Assembly (NCBI GenBank): GCA_963752155.1
Contig: CAVVXH010000002.1
Coordinates: 286,420-350,419, forward strand
Source of the DNA: an uncultured Parachlamydiaceae bacterium
Lineage (GTDB): Bacteria; Chlamydiota; Chlamydiia; Chlamydiales; Parachlamydiaceae
DNA length: 64,000 bases
Direction: 5' to 3'
Below the pieces are notes generated by a model. That model ran no database searches. It was not told the DNA's origin and worked only from the letters and a program-made list of their open reading frames with translations. The position numbers and the translations under genes are program-made. This document shows positions 53,654-62,615 of this stretch, in pieces. Positions within the stretch are counted from its first letter, which is position 1. Every line of letters begins with the position of its first letter.

Positions 53654-54436
53654 ATGACTCTACGCCCAAACATATTAATCACAAATGATGACGGATTATT
53701 TGCCCCAGGAATCAAAGAACTTTGGAAAAGCCTAAGTCAGATCGCAGATGTGACTGTTATTGCTCCAATGACAGAACAATCTGCTGTCAGTCTTGGTATT
53801 ACGATTCGTTCGCCACTCAAAATTGAAACAATCACTTGGTCTGGAGGTACTAAAGTATGGGGTGTCAATGGAACTCCGGCAGATTGTGTTAAATTAGGCT
53901 TGTCAGTCATTTTAGAAAAACAGCCTCAACTTATTGTTTCAGGAATTAATCGTGGCTCAAATGCTGGAAGAAATTTGCTCTATAGCGGAACTGTCGCCGG
54001 AGCCATAGAAGGGGTAATGCATGGTATTCCTAGTATTGCGTTTTCTTGTTGCGATTTCAAAGATCCTGACTATGGCAGAGCCGCTCAACATATCCCTAAA
54101 ATTGCTAACTATATGCTGAAGCATCCCCCAATTCATGGAACTCTTCTAAATGTTAGTTTTCCACTCAATAAACATTCGGAAATTAAGGGAATTAAGTTGA
54201 CTCGCCAAGGAAAAGAATTCTGGATGGAAAACCCTCATAAACGAGATCATCCTACAGAAAATCAGTCTTACTATTGGCTAGGAGCTCGAATTCAAGAATT
54301 TCAAGAAGAACAAGATTGCGATATCACTTGGTTAAATAAGGGGTATATCACAGCTGTTCCGGTTCATATCGGGGAGCTTACTGATCATAAACATCTTGAA
54401 GAACATCGAATCCGTTTTGAAGATCATATGATCTAG
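53654..54436 (+). CDS. surE: 5'/3'-nucleotidase SurE
   Basis: ILITNDDG, GTPADCV, SGINRGSN and YSGTVAGA. Confidence 0.96.
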   Translation: MTLRPNILITNDDGLFAPGIKELWKSLSQIADVTVIAPMTEQSAVSLGITIRSPLKIETITWSGGTKVWGVNGTPADCVKLGLSVILEKQPQLIVSGINRGSNAGRNLLYSGTVAGAIEGVMHGIPSIAFSCCDFKDPDYGRAAQHIPKIANYMLKHPPIHGTLLNVSFPLNKHSEIKGIKLTRQGKEFWMENPHKRDHPTENQSYYWLGARIQEFQEEQDCDITWLNKGYITAVPVHIGELTDHKHLEEHRIRFEDHMI

Positions 54437-55485
54437 TCTCTTGAAGCCAAGAAAAGTTTTTCTGGCAAAGATGGCAAGAGGGAGCATAGACTTAGTCCAT
54501 GTTTTCCAAGTTGTGGATGCATGAAAATATAATGTAATCCTCTTGCCATGTGCATCTTAAAGGCATTTTTTTTGTAGGATAATTTCTTGAACCCTTTGTA
54601 GTCTCTTGATGAATAATGCAAAGCTGCATCAATGCCGCTACGGATAGCAATCGAAAGTCCTTCTCCGCATGCAGGAGGAATGCTTATCATAGAATCACCA
54701 ATGAAATAAGTATCCATCCAATCTGGAGTCGACTTAAATCCAAAGAAGGGGATTTGAGCTGTCATCCACTTGTCGAATAGACATTTCCCATGCGATAGCA
54801 GTTCTTTGAGATGGGAATTAGTATGAATGAGACTTTGCATAAGTCCTTCCGGAGAGCCTGCACTTTCTAGAAGTCGCCAAGAGGCAAGGCAAGCTAGATT
54901 GGTTTTGCCTTCTTCGATAGGGCTCAGGCCTAAATAAGCTCCTTGGAAGCCAAATATCTTTAAACCATTATTTAACGAAATACCTTCATAGTGGGTTTTA
55001 ATGCCAATGTACTGAAAGTGTGTAGGCGGGGAGCTCAAAGAAGGTAAACGTCCAGTTGCGATAATCACTGAGGCTGCCAGTAAAGTTTCACCCGTAGAAA
55101 GTTCAATACGATGAGGTTCTGCAGAGTGACATTTGTGTTGAAAAGTGATTACCTTTACTTCTGTTAAGACTTGGGCTCCCATAGATTGGGCCCGTTCTGC
55201 TAAAGCTGCATCGAGAGTATAATGAGAGATGCTTCCAGCGGATTTAGGTAAGGGAAAAATCAATCTTTTAGCATCAAAATCTAAATGAATTTCATTGATT
55301 AGGGTAGGGTGAATATTTAACCGTTCAAGCCAGGAAAGACTTTCTGGAGAGAGAAATTCTCCACATACTTTATGTGAAGGGTAGTTCCCAGATTCAATGA
55401 GAATAGGCTTTACTCCTTGTCGGCAAAGCTCTATGGCTGCACAAAGGCCTGCAACACCTCCACCAATAACAACAATTTCATTCAT
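54433..55485 (-). CDS. FAD-dependent oxidoreductase
   Basis: IVVIGGGVAG, HKVCGEFLS and FIGD...IPPACGEGLSIA. Confidence 0.88.
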   Translation of the reverse strand: MNEIVVIGGGVAGLCAAIELCRQGVKPILIESGNYPSHKVCGEFLSPESLSWLERLNIHPTLINEIHLDFDAKRLIFPLPKSAGSISHYTLDAALAERAQSMGAQVLTEVKVITFQHKCHSAEPHRIELSTGETLLAASVIIATGRLPSLSSPPTHFQYIGIKTHYEGISLNNGLKIFGFQGAYLGLSPIEEGKTNLACLASWRLLESAGSPEGLMQSLIHTNSHLKELLSHGKCLFDKWMTAQIPFFGFKSTPDWMDTYFIGDSMISIPPACGEGLSIAIRSGIDAALHYSSRDYKGFKKLSYKKNAFKMHMARGLHYIFMHPQLGKHGLSLCSLLPSLPEKLFLASRD

Positions 55486-56572
55486 TACTCGATCCGGCTT
55501 TTTGTAAAAGAATCCCTTCCATGGATAATCCTGGACCAAAACCAATCCCTACAGCCCATTGATTCGTGCTTTTTTGCTGAAATAAATTTTCAAGGACGAA
55601 AAGAAAAGTCGCGCTAGACATATTGCCATAGTTCCTTAAGACTTCCCAAGAGGCTTTGGTTTGGTGTTCTTTCAGATTTAAAGCTCGTTCAATCGCGTGT
55701 AGAATTGACTTACCTCCAGGATGGATAGGCCAGTCGCATTCTTCAATAGATGCTTTATCTTTTAGTAATGGTGTTACGAGACTCTGGACATGACGTTTAA
55801 TAAGTGGAGGAACATAAGAAGAAAGATGCATAAAAAATCCTTGGTCGCCAACCTCCCAGCTCATCTTATCAAGTGTATTATCGAGACTTAAAGAATGATT
55901 TCCGATGATAGAGAAGAGGGGTGTTTCATTTGCATGGGGTTTGTTTCCAACGATGACCGCTGCCGCTCCATCAGCAAAGAGTGCGTTAGCCAAAAGAGTA
56001 TCATGGGATTGGTCTGCTTGCAGATGAAGCGAACAAAGTTCTGTGCACACAACTAAAATGCGATGATGTGGGTTTTCTTTTGCGATAGCATTGGCAATTT
56101 CGAGACCTTTAAAGGCACCAAAGCAACCCATCATATTAATCCCTAGTCGTCGGACAGTGGGCTGAAGACCTAATTGTTTAATGAGTAGGAACTCTATTCC
56201 CGGGGCCATGACTCCTGTACATGAAATAGAGATCACGTGTGTAATTTCAGAGGGCTTTCCTCCCCAATTTTGTAAGGCGCCCTGAGAAGCTCTGGAGGCC
56301 AAAGCGGGAGCTTCTTGTTTATATAAAGCGTTGCGTTGGGATGTTCCTGGAATCGAGTAAGGGTAATCATTGCCCCAAAATTCCCAATCCCCTCTTTGCT
56401 TGCCGTAGTCTTCGAGGATCGAGTGTCGAGTGCTGATAGCAGAATTTTGGTAGATTTGATGAACTTGGTCGGACTGTTCCGGGTTTAATCTAAACATCTC
56501 GGTTATTTTACCAGCGATTTTATCTTGAGACCAATTTAAGGGTGGACAGGTAGTAGAGAGGGATAAAATCAT
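55478..56572 (-). CDS. Type III polyketide synthase (chalcone synthase-like)
   Basis: Cys-His-Asn triad in MGCFG, IHPGG and YGNMSS; also ELCSLH, LFADGA and GFGPGL. Confidence 0.95.
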   Translation of the reverse strand: MILSLSTTCPPLNWSQDKIAGKITEMFRLNPEQSDQVHQIYQNSAISTRHSILEDYGKQRGDWEFWGNDYPYSIPGTSQRNALYKQEAPALASRASQGALQNWGGKPSEITHVISISCTGVMAPGIEFLLIKQLGLQPTVRRLGINMMGCFGAFKGLEIANAIAKENPHHRILVVCTELCSLHLQADQSHDTLLANALFADGAAAVIVGNKPHANETPLFSIIGNHSLSLDNTLDKMSWEVGDQGFFMHLSSYVPPLIKRHVQSLVTPLLKDKASIEECDWPIHPGGKSILHAIERALNLKEHQTKASWEVLRNYGNMSSATFLFVLENLFQQKSTNQWAVGIGFGPGLSMEGILLQKAGSSNE

Positions 56573-56577
56573 TTGAA

Positions 56578-57300
56578 CTATACCATTTTTTGAGGATAAA
56601 GGATGAGAATCCAGCGAAATGCCCAGTGCCATGTTAACGACCATGCTTGTGGCGGGATTTGAGCAGCATTGAGGTACTTTAACCAATCTGATCGCTTAAA
56701 AGCTCTTTTAATAGAGAGAAGCCCGTCGTGGCGAATGAGTCGATTCGGAAAGAAAAGAGGAGCAATTGTAGAAAAAGTACATCTTGCCAAAGTATGTCGA
56801 TGAAGATCGTTGATAATGACAGCTTCCTTAGCTACTGAGAGACTTCTTTTAAAGAAATCGATGATTTCATCATCGGAAAGATGATGACAAACTAAAGTTG
56901 TTGTAACGACATCAAAGCTTTTAGGAGGTTCGTTGAGTTTTGGTGATGGAGTCACTTGAAATTCAACATTTTGTAAATGAGGCTTCTGTTTTTGAAGTGA
57001 ATCTTTAGCAAAGTCGATGGCGGGTTCTGAAAGATCGATTCCTTTGATGATGGCTTGTGGGTAGAGTTTCGCAAGGCGAATGGCGAGTTGGCCTCCGCCG
57101 CAACCGACATCTAAAATCGATTGTGGAGGGTTTTTCAGAGACTTAAAAGCCCAAAAAGTTGCTTGATCTCCTCCCAAATAGCGACCAATGCGACCGAGTT
57201 GTAGTAGGCATTCCCGATATTCTTCATCAGTATAATAGCTTGGGCCAAGATCTAGCCATTCGGGAGTATGAATTCGGTTATCCACTTCTGACCATAACAT
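56578..57300 (-). CDS. Class I SAM-dependent methyltransferase
   Basis: ILDVGCGGG, HHLSD, INDLHR and DGLLSIKRAF. Confidence 0.9.
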   Translation of the reverse strand: MLWSEVDNRIHTPEWLDLGPSYYTDEEYRECLLQLGRIGRYLGGDQATFWAFKSLKNPPQSILDVGCGGGQLAIRLAKLYPQAIIKGIDLSEPAIDFAKDSLQKQKPHLQNVEFQVTPSPKLNEPPKSFDVVTTTLVCHHLSDDEIIDFFKRSLSVAKEAVIINDLHRHTLARCTFSTIAPLFFPNRLIRHDGLLSIKRAFKRSDWLKYLNAAQIPPQAWSLTWHWAFRWILILYPQKMV

Positions 57301-57388
57301 TGGAGGTTGAGTTTTGCCTGGAGTGTACGTGATAAATATAAAATATGCTATGATAAAGTTGCCAATCATATACGTGGAAAATAAAGCA

Positions 57389-58180
57389 ATGTCTCTTTTT
57401 TTCGGATTAGAAGCGACTTCTCCATGGCCCTCTTCACTGCCAAGAGGAAAATTGATTTTAGAACAGCATCGACATGCAACCTTGGCTTTTTTGGGTGCTG
57501 TTGACTGGGAGAAGTTAGCCGAAGTTTTGGACTCGATCCCTTCCCATCCTTTCAGAGCTGGATTAGCAGGAGCTTTCGATAAAAACCTATTTTTGCCAAA
57601 GAGACACCCAAACGTAACCTGCTGGCATGTTGACTTTTTTGACGCTTTAGAGCCCTTAGAAAAGTATCAAAAGAGTCTTAATCATTGGTTAAAGGCTTCT
57701 GGCTTTTCTCCCGATCACCGAGAACAAAACTGGTTGCCGCATGTGACATTAGCTCGGCAACCCTTTGATTTAGAATCTTGGAAAAAGCATTTTGCCCCTC
57801 TTCCAGTTTTATTTAAATTTATGCATTTGTATCAAAGCATTGGAAATTCTGAGTACAATAAACTTTGGAGCCTACAGCTGCCTTTGCCGTGGAATGAAAT
57901 AGAGCACACTGCGGATATCGCATTTCAAATTCGAGGAGAAACATTGCAGCAAGTCTATCGTCATGCACTTTTGGCTCTCGCTTTTAAGTTTCCTCCGTTG
58001 CTTTTGTATTTGCCGACATCATCTGAGCTATTTACTTTAGACGACATAGTTATCTTATTGAACGAAGCAATTGCTCTAGCTGATCAAAAGGTGGGGTGCC
58101 CGTTAAAGGCTGTCTCTTTTCATGGTGAAATAGAGAAATTAAATGACATTTTATGCTGGGAGATGATCGTCGATGTTTAA
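57389..58180 (+). CDS. Fusion of a 2H phosphoesterase (ThpR/LigT-like) and archease
   Basis: HATLAFLG and PHVTLAR (two HxT motifs), then EIEHTADI...LKAVSFH...IVDV* (archease signatures) in one frame. Confidence 0.85.
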   Translation: MSLFFGLEATSPWPSSLPRGKLILEQHRHATLAFLGAVDWEKLAEVLDSIPSHPFRAGLAGAFDKNLFLPKRHPNVTCWHVDFFDALEPLEKYQKSLNHWLKASGFSPDHREQNWLPHVTLARQPFDLESWKKHFAPLPVLFKFMHLYQSIGNSEYNKLWSLQLPLPWNEIEHTADIAFQIRGETLQQVYRHALLALAFKFPPLLLYLPTSSELFTLDDIVILLNEAIALADQKVGCPLKAVSFHGEIEKLNDILCWEMIVDV

Positions 58181-59600
58181 TTTACAAAAAATAGCTCCTT
58201 CTACATATCTTTTGCCCAAACAGGAAGGAATGCATGTCCCAGGCCTCATTATAGCAAATGAAGAACTCATGAAGGCTAGCGATTTTGAGAAACCCCTTGA
58301 TCAGGTGCGTAACGTAGCGTATTTAAACGGCATTGTAGGATATAGCATCGCCATGCCTGATATTCATTGGGGATATGGCTTTCCTATTGGGGGTGTAGCA
58401 GCAATGGATGCTGAGCATGGTGTCATTAGCCCAGGAGGTGTTGGATATGATATTAATTGTGGTGTTCGTTTGGCAATGATTTCGCAGCCATTTAAAGATT
58501 TTAACCAATCCCATTTACAAGCCTTGTTGAAGTCTTTATTTCATAATATCCCTTCCGGTGTAGGTGGAGAATATAAGAAATCAAGAGGGCTCAGTGAGCT
58601 TGATTACAAAAAGCTACTTGAACAAGGTGCAAGGTGGTCTATTGATAAGGGTTTTGGCCTTGAACAAGACCTCGAATTTACAGAGAGCAATGGAGTAATC
58701 CTGGGTGCTGATATTAACGCTGTTTCGAAATCGGCACAAGAACGAGGTAAGAATCAATTAGGAACGATTGGTTCAGGCAATCACTTTGTTGAAATCGGCG
58801 AGATATCCCAAATCTATTTACCTGATATTGCCAAAGTGTGGGGTGTTTGTTCCGGACAAACCTATGTGTTGATCCATTCAGGGTCTAGGGGCTTTGGTCA
58901 CCAAATATGTCAAGAGGCCTTGAATTCTTTTGTAAAATTAGGATATGCAAAAGGGCTTCCGGATAAACAGCTGATAGCGGCTCCAATCGACAGCGATGCA
59001 GGCAGACACTATTTTAGAGCTATGGCTGCTGCAGCTAATTTTGCTTTTAATAATCGTCAGCGTATTTTACATGCTGTGAGGTTGAGTTTTCGTGAAATCT
59101 TTAATATCGAACCAGAAGATGTACGGCTTCTTTATGATGTTTGTCATAACATTGCTAAATTTGAAGATCATTTGGTGGATGGGAAAAGTAAAAAGCTTTG
59201 TGTTCATCGTAAAGGGGCTACTCGGGCATTTGGACTAGGAGCCGAGGAATTATCTCCTTTGTATCGTTCTACGGGGCAACCTGTATTGGTGCCGGGAGAT
59301 ATGGGACGTGCTAGCCATTTAATGGTCGGTCAGGGTAATCCGTTGACATGGTGTAGTTCTTGTCATGGAGCGGGGCGAGCTCAAGGTCGCCATAAGTGCT
59401 TAGAGGCGTGGCGTGGGAAAGATCCAGTAGAACATATGAAGGCCCAAGGTGTTAGCGTCATGGCTGCATCCATAAGAACGATTGCAGAAGAGATGCCGGA
59501 TGCTTATAAAGATGTCGATAACGTTGTGATGGCTTGCCAAGAGGCTGGTCTTGCTAAAATGGTGGCTAAGCTGAAACCATCGCTTGTTATAAAAGGTTGA
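58173..59600 (+). CDS. rtcB: RNA-splicing/repair ligase RtcB
   Basis: MPDIHWGYGFPIGG, GYDINCGVR, GNHFVE, HSGSRG, HN, HRKGAT, HGAGR and EEMPDAYK. Confidence 0.97.
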   Translation: MFNLQKIAPSTYLLPKQEGMHVPGLIIANEELMKASDFEKPLDQVRNVAYLNGIVGYSIAMPDIHWGYGFPIGGVAAMDAEHGVISPGGVGYDINCGVRLAMISQPFKDFNQSHLQALLKSLFHNIPSGVGGEYKKSRGLSELDYKKLLEQGARWSIDKGFGLEQDLEFTESNGVILGADINAVSKSAQERGKNQLGTIGSGNHFVEIGEISQIYLPDIAKVWGVCSGQTYVLIHSGSRGFGHQICQEALNSFVKLGYAKGLPDKQLIAAPIDSDAGRHYFRAMAAAANFAFNNRQRILHAVRLSFREIFNIEPEDVRLLYDVCHNIAKFEDHLVDGKSKKLCVHRKGATRAFGLGAEELSPLYRSTGQPVLVPGDMGRASHLMVGQGNPLTWCSSCHGAGRAQGRHKCLEAWRGKDPVEHMKAQGVSVMAASIRTIAEEMPDAYKDVDNVVMACQEAGLAKMVAKLKPSLVIKG

Positions 59601-59784
59601 AAGAAATAAAACTTGTTTTCTAATACCAATTATTTTAGATTGAAAATAGATAATGACATGAAGGCTTTTCACTTGCCTGTGATGGGACGATTCAAGGTGA
59701 GGGGGCTATTATCTCACAGCCCTAAGTCTCTAGACAGAATTTTTAGTTAGTTCGTTAATAGAAATTAATCATTAGGAGAATAAC

Positions 59785-59913
59785 ATGAATCTTAAAAAAA
59801 TTTTAAGTGTGTTTTTTGTTTGTGGATTTTGTTCGATGTTTTTGATTGCTCAATCTCCATCATTAGAGATGAATCAATGTTGCCCTTGTGGTTGTTCAAA
59901 AGAACGAAAATAG
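59785..59913 (+). CDS. Small 42-aa cysteine-rich protein with a signal-like N-terminus (not in the ORF track)
   Basis: AGGAG RBS; MNLKKILSVFFVCGFCSMFLIAQSPSLEMNQCCPCGCSKERK. Confidence 0.6.
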   Translation: MNLKKILSVFFVCGFCSMFLIAQSPSLEMNQCCPCGCSKERK

Positions 59914-59947
59914 TTTTTAAGCGATTGGTTCCTGATCTTTAGATGAT

Positions 59948-59988
59948 CAGGTGCAGTCATGCGACTGTATGACTGCACCTGGTATAAT
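59948..59988 (+). promoter_or_regulatory. 13-bp perfect inverted repeat abutting a TATAAT box
   Basis: caggtgcagtcat-N8-atgactgcacctg followed by g-TATAAT, about 50 nt before the gluconolactonase start. Confidence 0.45.
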
Positions 59989-60036
59989 GAAATTAGGCGT
60001 CTCTGGTTTTCTTTAAAACTTAACCTCCAAAGAATT

Positions 60037-61122
60037 ATGCAAGTTGTTTACCTGACTTCATTGCTCCTCTCGTTAGTGGTTTTATGTTACGGTTCCCCTT
60101 CAGATCCATTTATCAAAAACCCACTCTATCCTATGGCTGAAAAACCCCAACTACCACTTGTTGTTTATTCGGAAGAGTTTGAAAAAATTTTGGGAACTAA
60201 ACCTGAACTGGTGCATTTAGCTGATGGTTTTGGTTTTACTGAAGGTCCTGCGTATCTTTCAATCAAGGATAGTGAAGAAGGCTTTTTGCTTTTTACTGAT
60301 CAAATCAACGACAACATTTTAGTTCTCCGCTGGCATGGCCTATTGCCTTACAATACCATTACGTCTCTATCCTGGAGCAAACCTGTCATTTTTCGCCATC
60401 CCTCGAACATTGCGGACGGCCAAACAATAGATCTGGAGGGTAGATTGCTCACTGCAGAGACGACAGGTCGCAGAGTTTCTATCACCGAGCTAAATGGCGA
60501 GGTCAAGACACTTATCGGCTTCTATGAAGGAAAACCTCTGAATTCTCCAAATGATCTCGTGGTCAAATCTGACGGGACTGTTTGGTTCACAGATCCTAAC
60601 TATGGCTGTTTACAGTTTCCTCAGGAATGTTATCTGCCCAATAATGTCTACCGTTTTGATCCAAAAACTCAAAAATTAGAGGCTGTCATCACTGATTTAA
60701 AAATGCCTAATGGCATAGCGTTTTCTCCGGATGAGAAAATAGTGTATGTCATAGATAGCGGAGCTACGCAGGCACCTCGTACCTACTATGAAAAATACCC
60801 ACACGCCATTTATGCATGGGATGTCGATGGAATGACATTGAATAACAAACGCCTTTTTACAGTTGTTTCACCTGGATTTCCCGATGGCATGCGTTTAGAC
60901 ACCGAAGGAAATATTTATGTGGGAGCTCTGGATGGAATTCAGGTGTTTAATTCAAAAGGGATTCTGATAGGAAAGATTTTGATGCCTAAACAAACTGCTA
61001 ATTTGACGTTTGGGGGTAGAGAAAATAATATCTTGTTTATCTGTTCTTCAGATTCCGTATGGGCGATAAAGCTGAATGCAAAAGGAGCTAAAAAAGTGCC
61101 TGAAATAGTTATGAAGCCATGA
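60037..61122 (+). CDS. SMP-30/gluconolactonase family protein, probably exported
   Basis: FTEGP, NSPNDL, WFTDP, PNGIAFSPDE and PDGMRLD; hydrophobic N-terminus. Confidence 0.92.
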   Translation: MQVVYLTSLLLSLVVLCYGSPSDPFIKNPLYPMAEKPQLPLVVYSEEFEKILGTKPELVHLADGFGFTEGPAYLSIKDSEEGFLLFTDQINDNILVLRWHGLLPYNTITSLSWSKPVIFRHPSNIADGQTIDLEGRLLTAETTGRRVSITELNGEVKTLIGFYEGKPLNSPNDLVVKSDGTVWFTDPNYGCLQFPQECYLPNNVYRFDPKTQKLEAVITDLKMPNGIAFSPDEKIVYVIDSGATQAPRTYYEKYPHAIYAWDVDGMTLNNKRLFTVVSPGFPDGMRLDTEGNIYVGALDGIQVFNSKGILIGKILMPKQTANLTFGGRENNILFICSSDSVWAIKLNAKGAKKVPEIVMKP

Positions 61123-62282
61123 TTTCTAAAGAAGCTATTGCGATCTATTTATCAGGGTTATTGCAGGGCCTTGTACTTGTTGTATTTCCTGCTATCAGCA
61201 CGATCTTAACAAGTCCTGAAGAATTTAATTTCTCAAATTCATACTATGGAAGCTTATTTATTCCTCAGGCGGTAATTTCGATCATTGCTTCCTTATTTAA
61301 TCCGAGATTTGTTAGAAGTTTAGGAGCAAAATTTGTCTTAAATTTAGGTTTAAAAGCAAATTTCTTTGCTATGATCTTGCTTGGGCTGAGTGCGTTTTCT
61401 GTCCATAGTTTACCTGTTGCTTATGCCATGCTCTTGATGGCTACAGCCTGTGTGGGTCTCGGTTTTGGACTAGTTGTTCCTACATTGAATATGATGGCAG
61501 CTTTATTGTATCCTCATAAAGTGGATTCAATGCTGTTGTTGCTCAATGCTTTATTGGGACTTGGTACAGCTTTGGCTCCTATTTTTGTAACTCTATTTGT
61601 TGCGCTTGGCTATTGGTGGGGCTTGCCGTTGCTACTAACGGTCATGTTGTTCTTTTTGATCCTGTATAATGAACGTTTGCATCTGCCAGGAGGAAAAATT
61701 GATATAACGACGAAAAGTTCCGCAACCCTTCATATCCCATTGGGTTTTTGGATTTTTGTTACATTTGCCTTTCTTTATGGCATCATTGAAACGCTCAGTG
61801 CAAATTGGGTTTCGATCTATATGAAAGAGCATGTACATGCTTCCATTAAAATTCAATCCATGGCTTTAGCTGCTTTCTGGGGAATGGTGACTTTTGGTCG
61901 TCTTCTATTTTCTTTTATAGTAAAATTTGTATCGCAAGAATATATCTTTCAAGCTTCTCCCTTCATTGCCATGTTAGCATTTATTTTCATTTCTTCCTTA
62001 GTTCCTGAGGCTGATTATCGAGGGGTTGCATTTTTTGGATTAGCTGGTTTAGGGTGCGCTTCTTTATTACCTTTGACGATAAGTTTTGGAAGTAAAAAAT
62101 TCCCTTCTATTGTCTCTTCGGTGCCTGGAATGATTATTTCATTTTATTTATTGGGATACGGGGTCGCAGCATTTGGAGTGGGTCCGCTTCAAGAAATAGC
62201 GCATATAAGTTTGCAGTCGATTTATTTTCTGGGGGCAGTTGTTGCATTTATTTTAGGAGTGCTTGCTATAATTATTCATTGA
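61119..62282 (+). CDS. MFS transporter
   Basis: About 12 hydrophobic segments and FWGMVTFGR; overlaps the lactonase stop codon. Confidence 0.85.
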   Translation: MISKEAIAIYLSGLLQGLVLVVFPAISTILTSPEEFNFSNSYYGSLFIPQAVISIIASLFNPRFVRSLGAKFVLNLGLKANFFAMILLGLSAFSVHSLPVAYAMLLMATACVGLGFGLVVPTLNMMAALLYPHKVDSMLLLLNALLGLGTALAPIFVTLFVALGYWWGLPLLLTVMLFFLILYNERLHLPGGKIDITTKSSATLHIPLGFWIFVTFAFLYGIIETLSANWVSIYMKEHVHASIKIQSMALAAFWGMVTFGRLLFSFIVKFVSQEYIFQASPFIAMLAFIFISSLVPEADYRGVAFFGLAGLGCASLLPLTISFGSKKFPSIVSSVPGMIISFYLLGYGVAAFGVGPLQEIAHISLQSIYFLGAVVAFILGVLAIIIH

Positions 62283-62615
62283 ACAAAGCTTGTATCATCA
62301 ACGTAAAGTTACTATTGGCGCCATTACAATTTAACAAATAAATACTTTTTGGAGCGCATGTGGCTTTTGCCACCGCGCGAAAAGTCTATTTGAATAGGTC
62401 ATAGGTTTCAGCATATCCGTATGATCGAAGAGCATAATTTGAAATTTCTTTTTCGGCAAAACCTGAAGACCATCAATTTCTTTTTGAACAGCTTAAAATA
62501 AGAAAAGATTATTTATTATTGATATTTATGCTGTTATATTGTAAACTTTTTCTAAAGCGCTAAGCGCAAAAAATTTAGTTAGTTAACCTAATCAAATTAA
62601 ATAAAAGGTTTTTTT

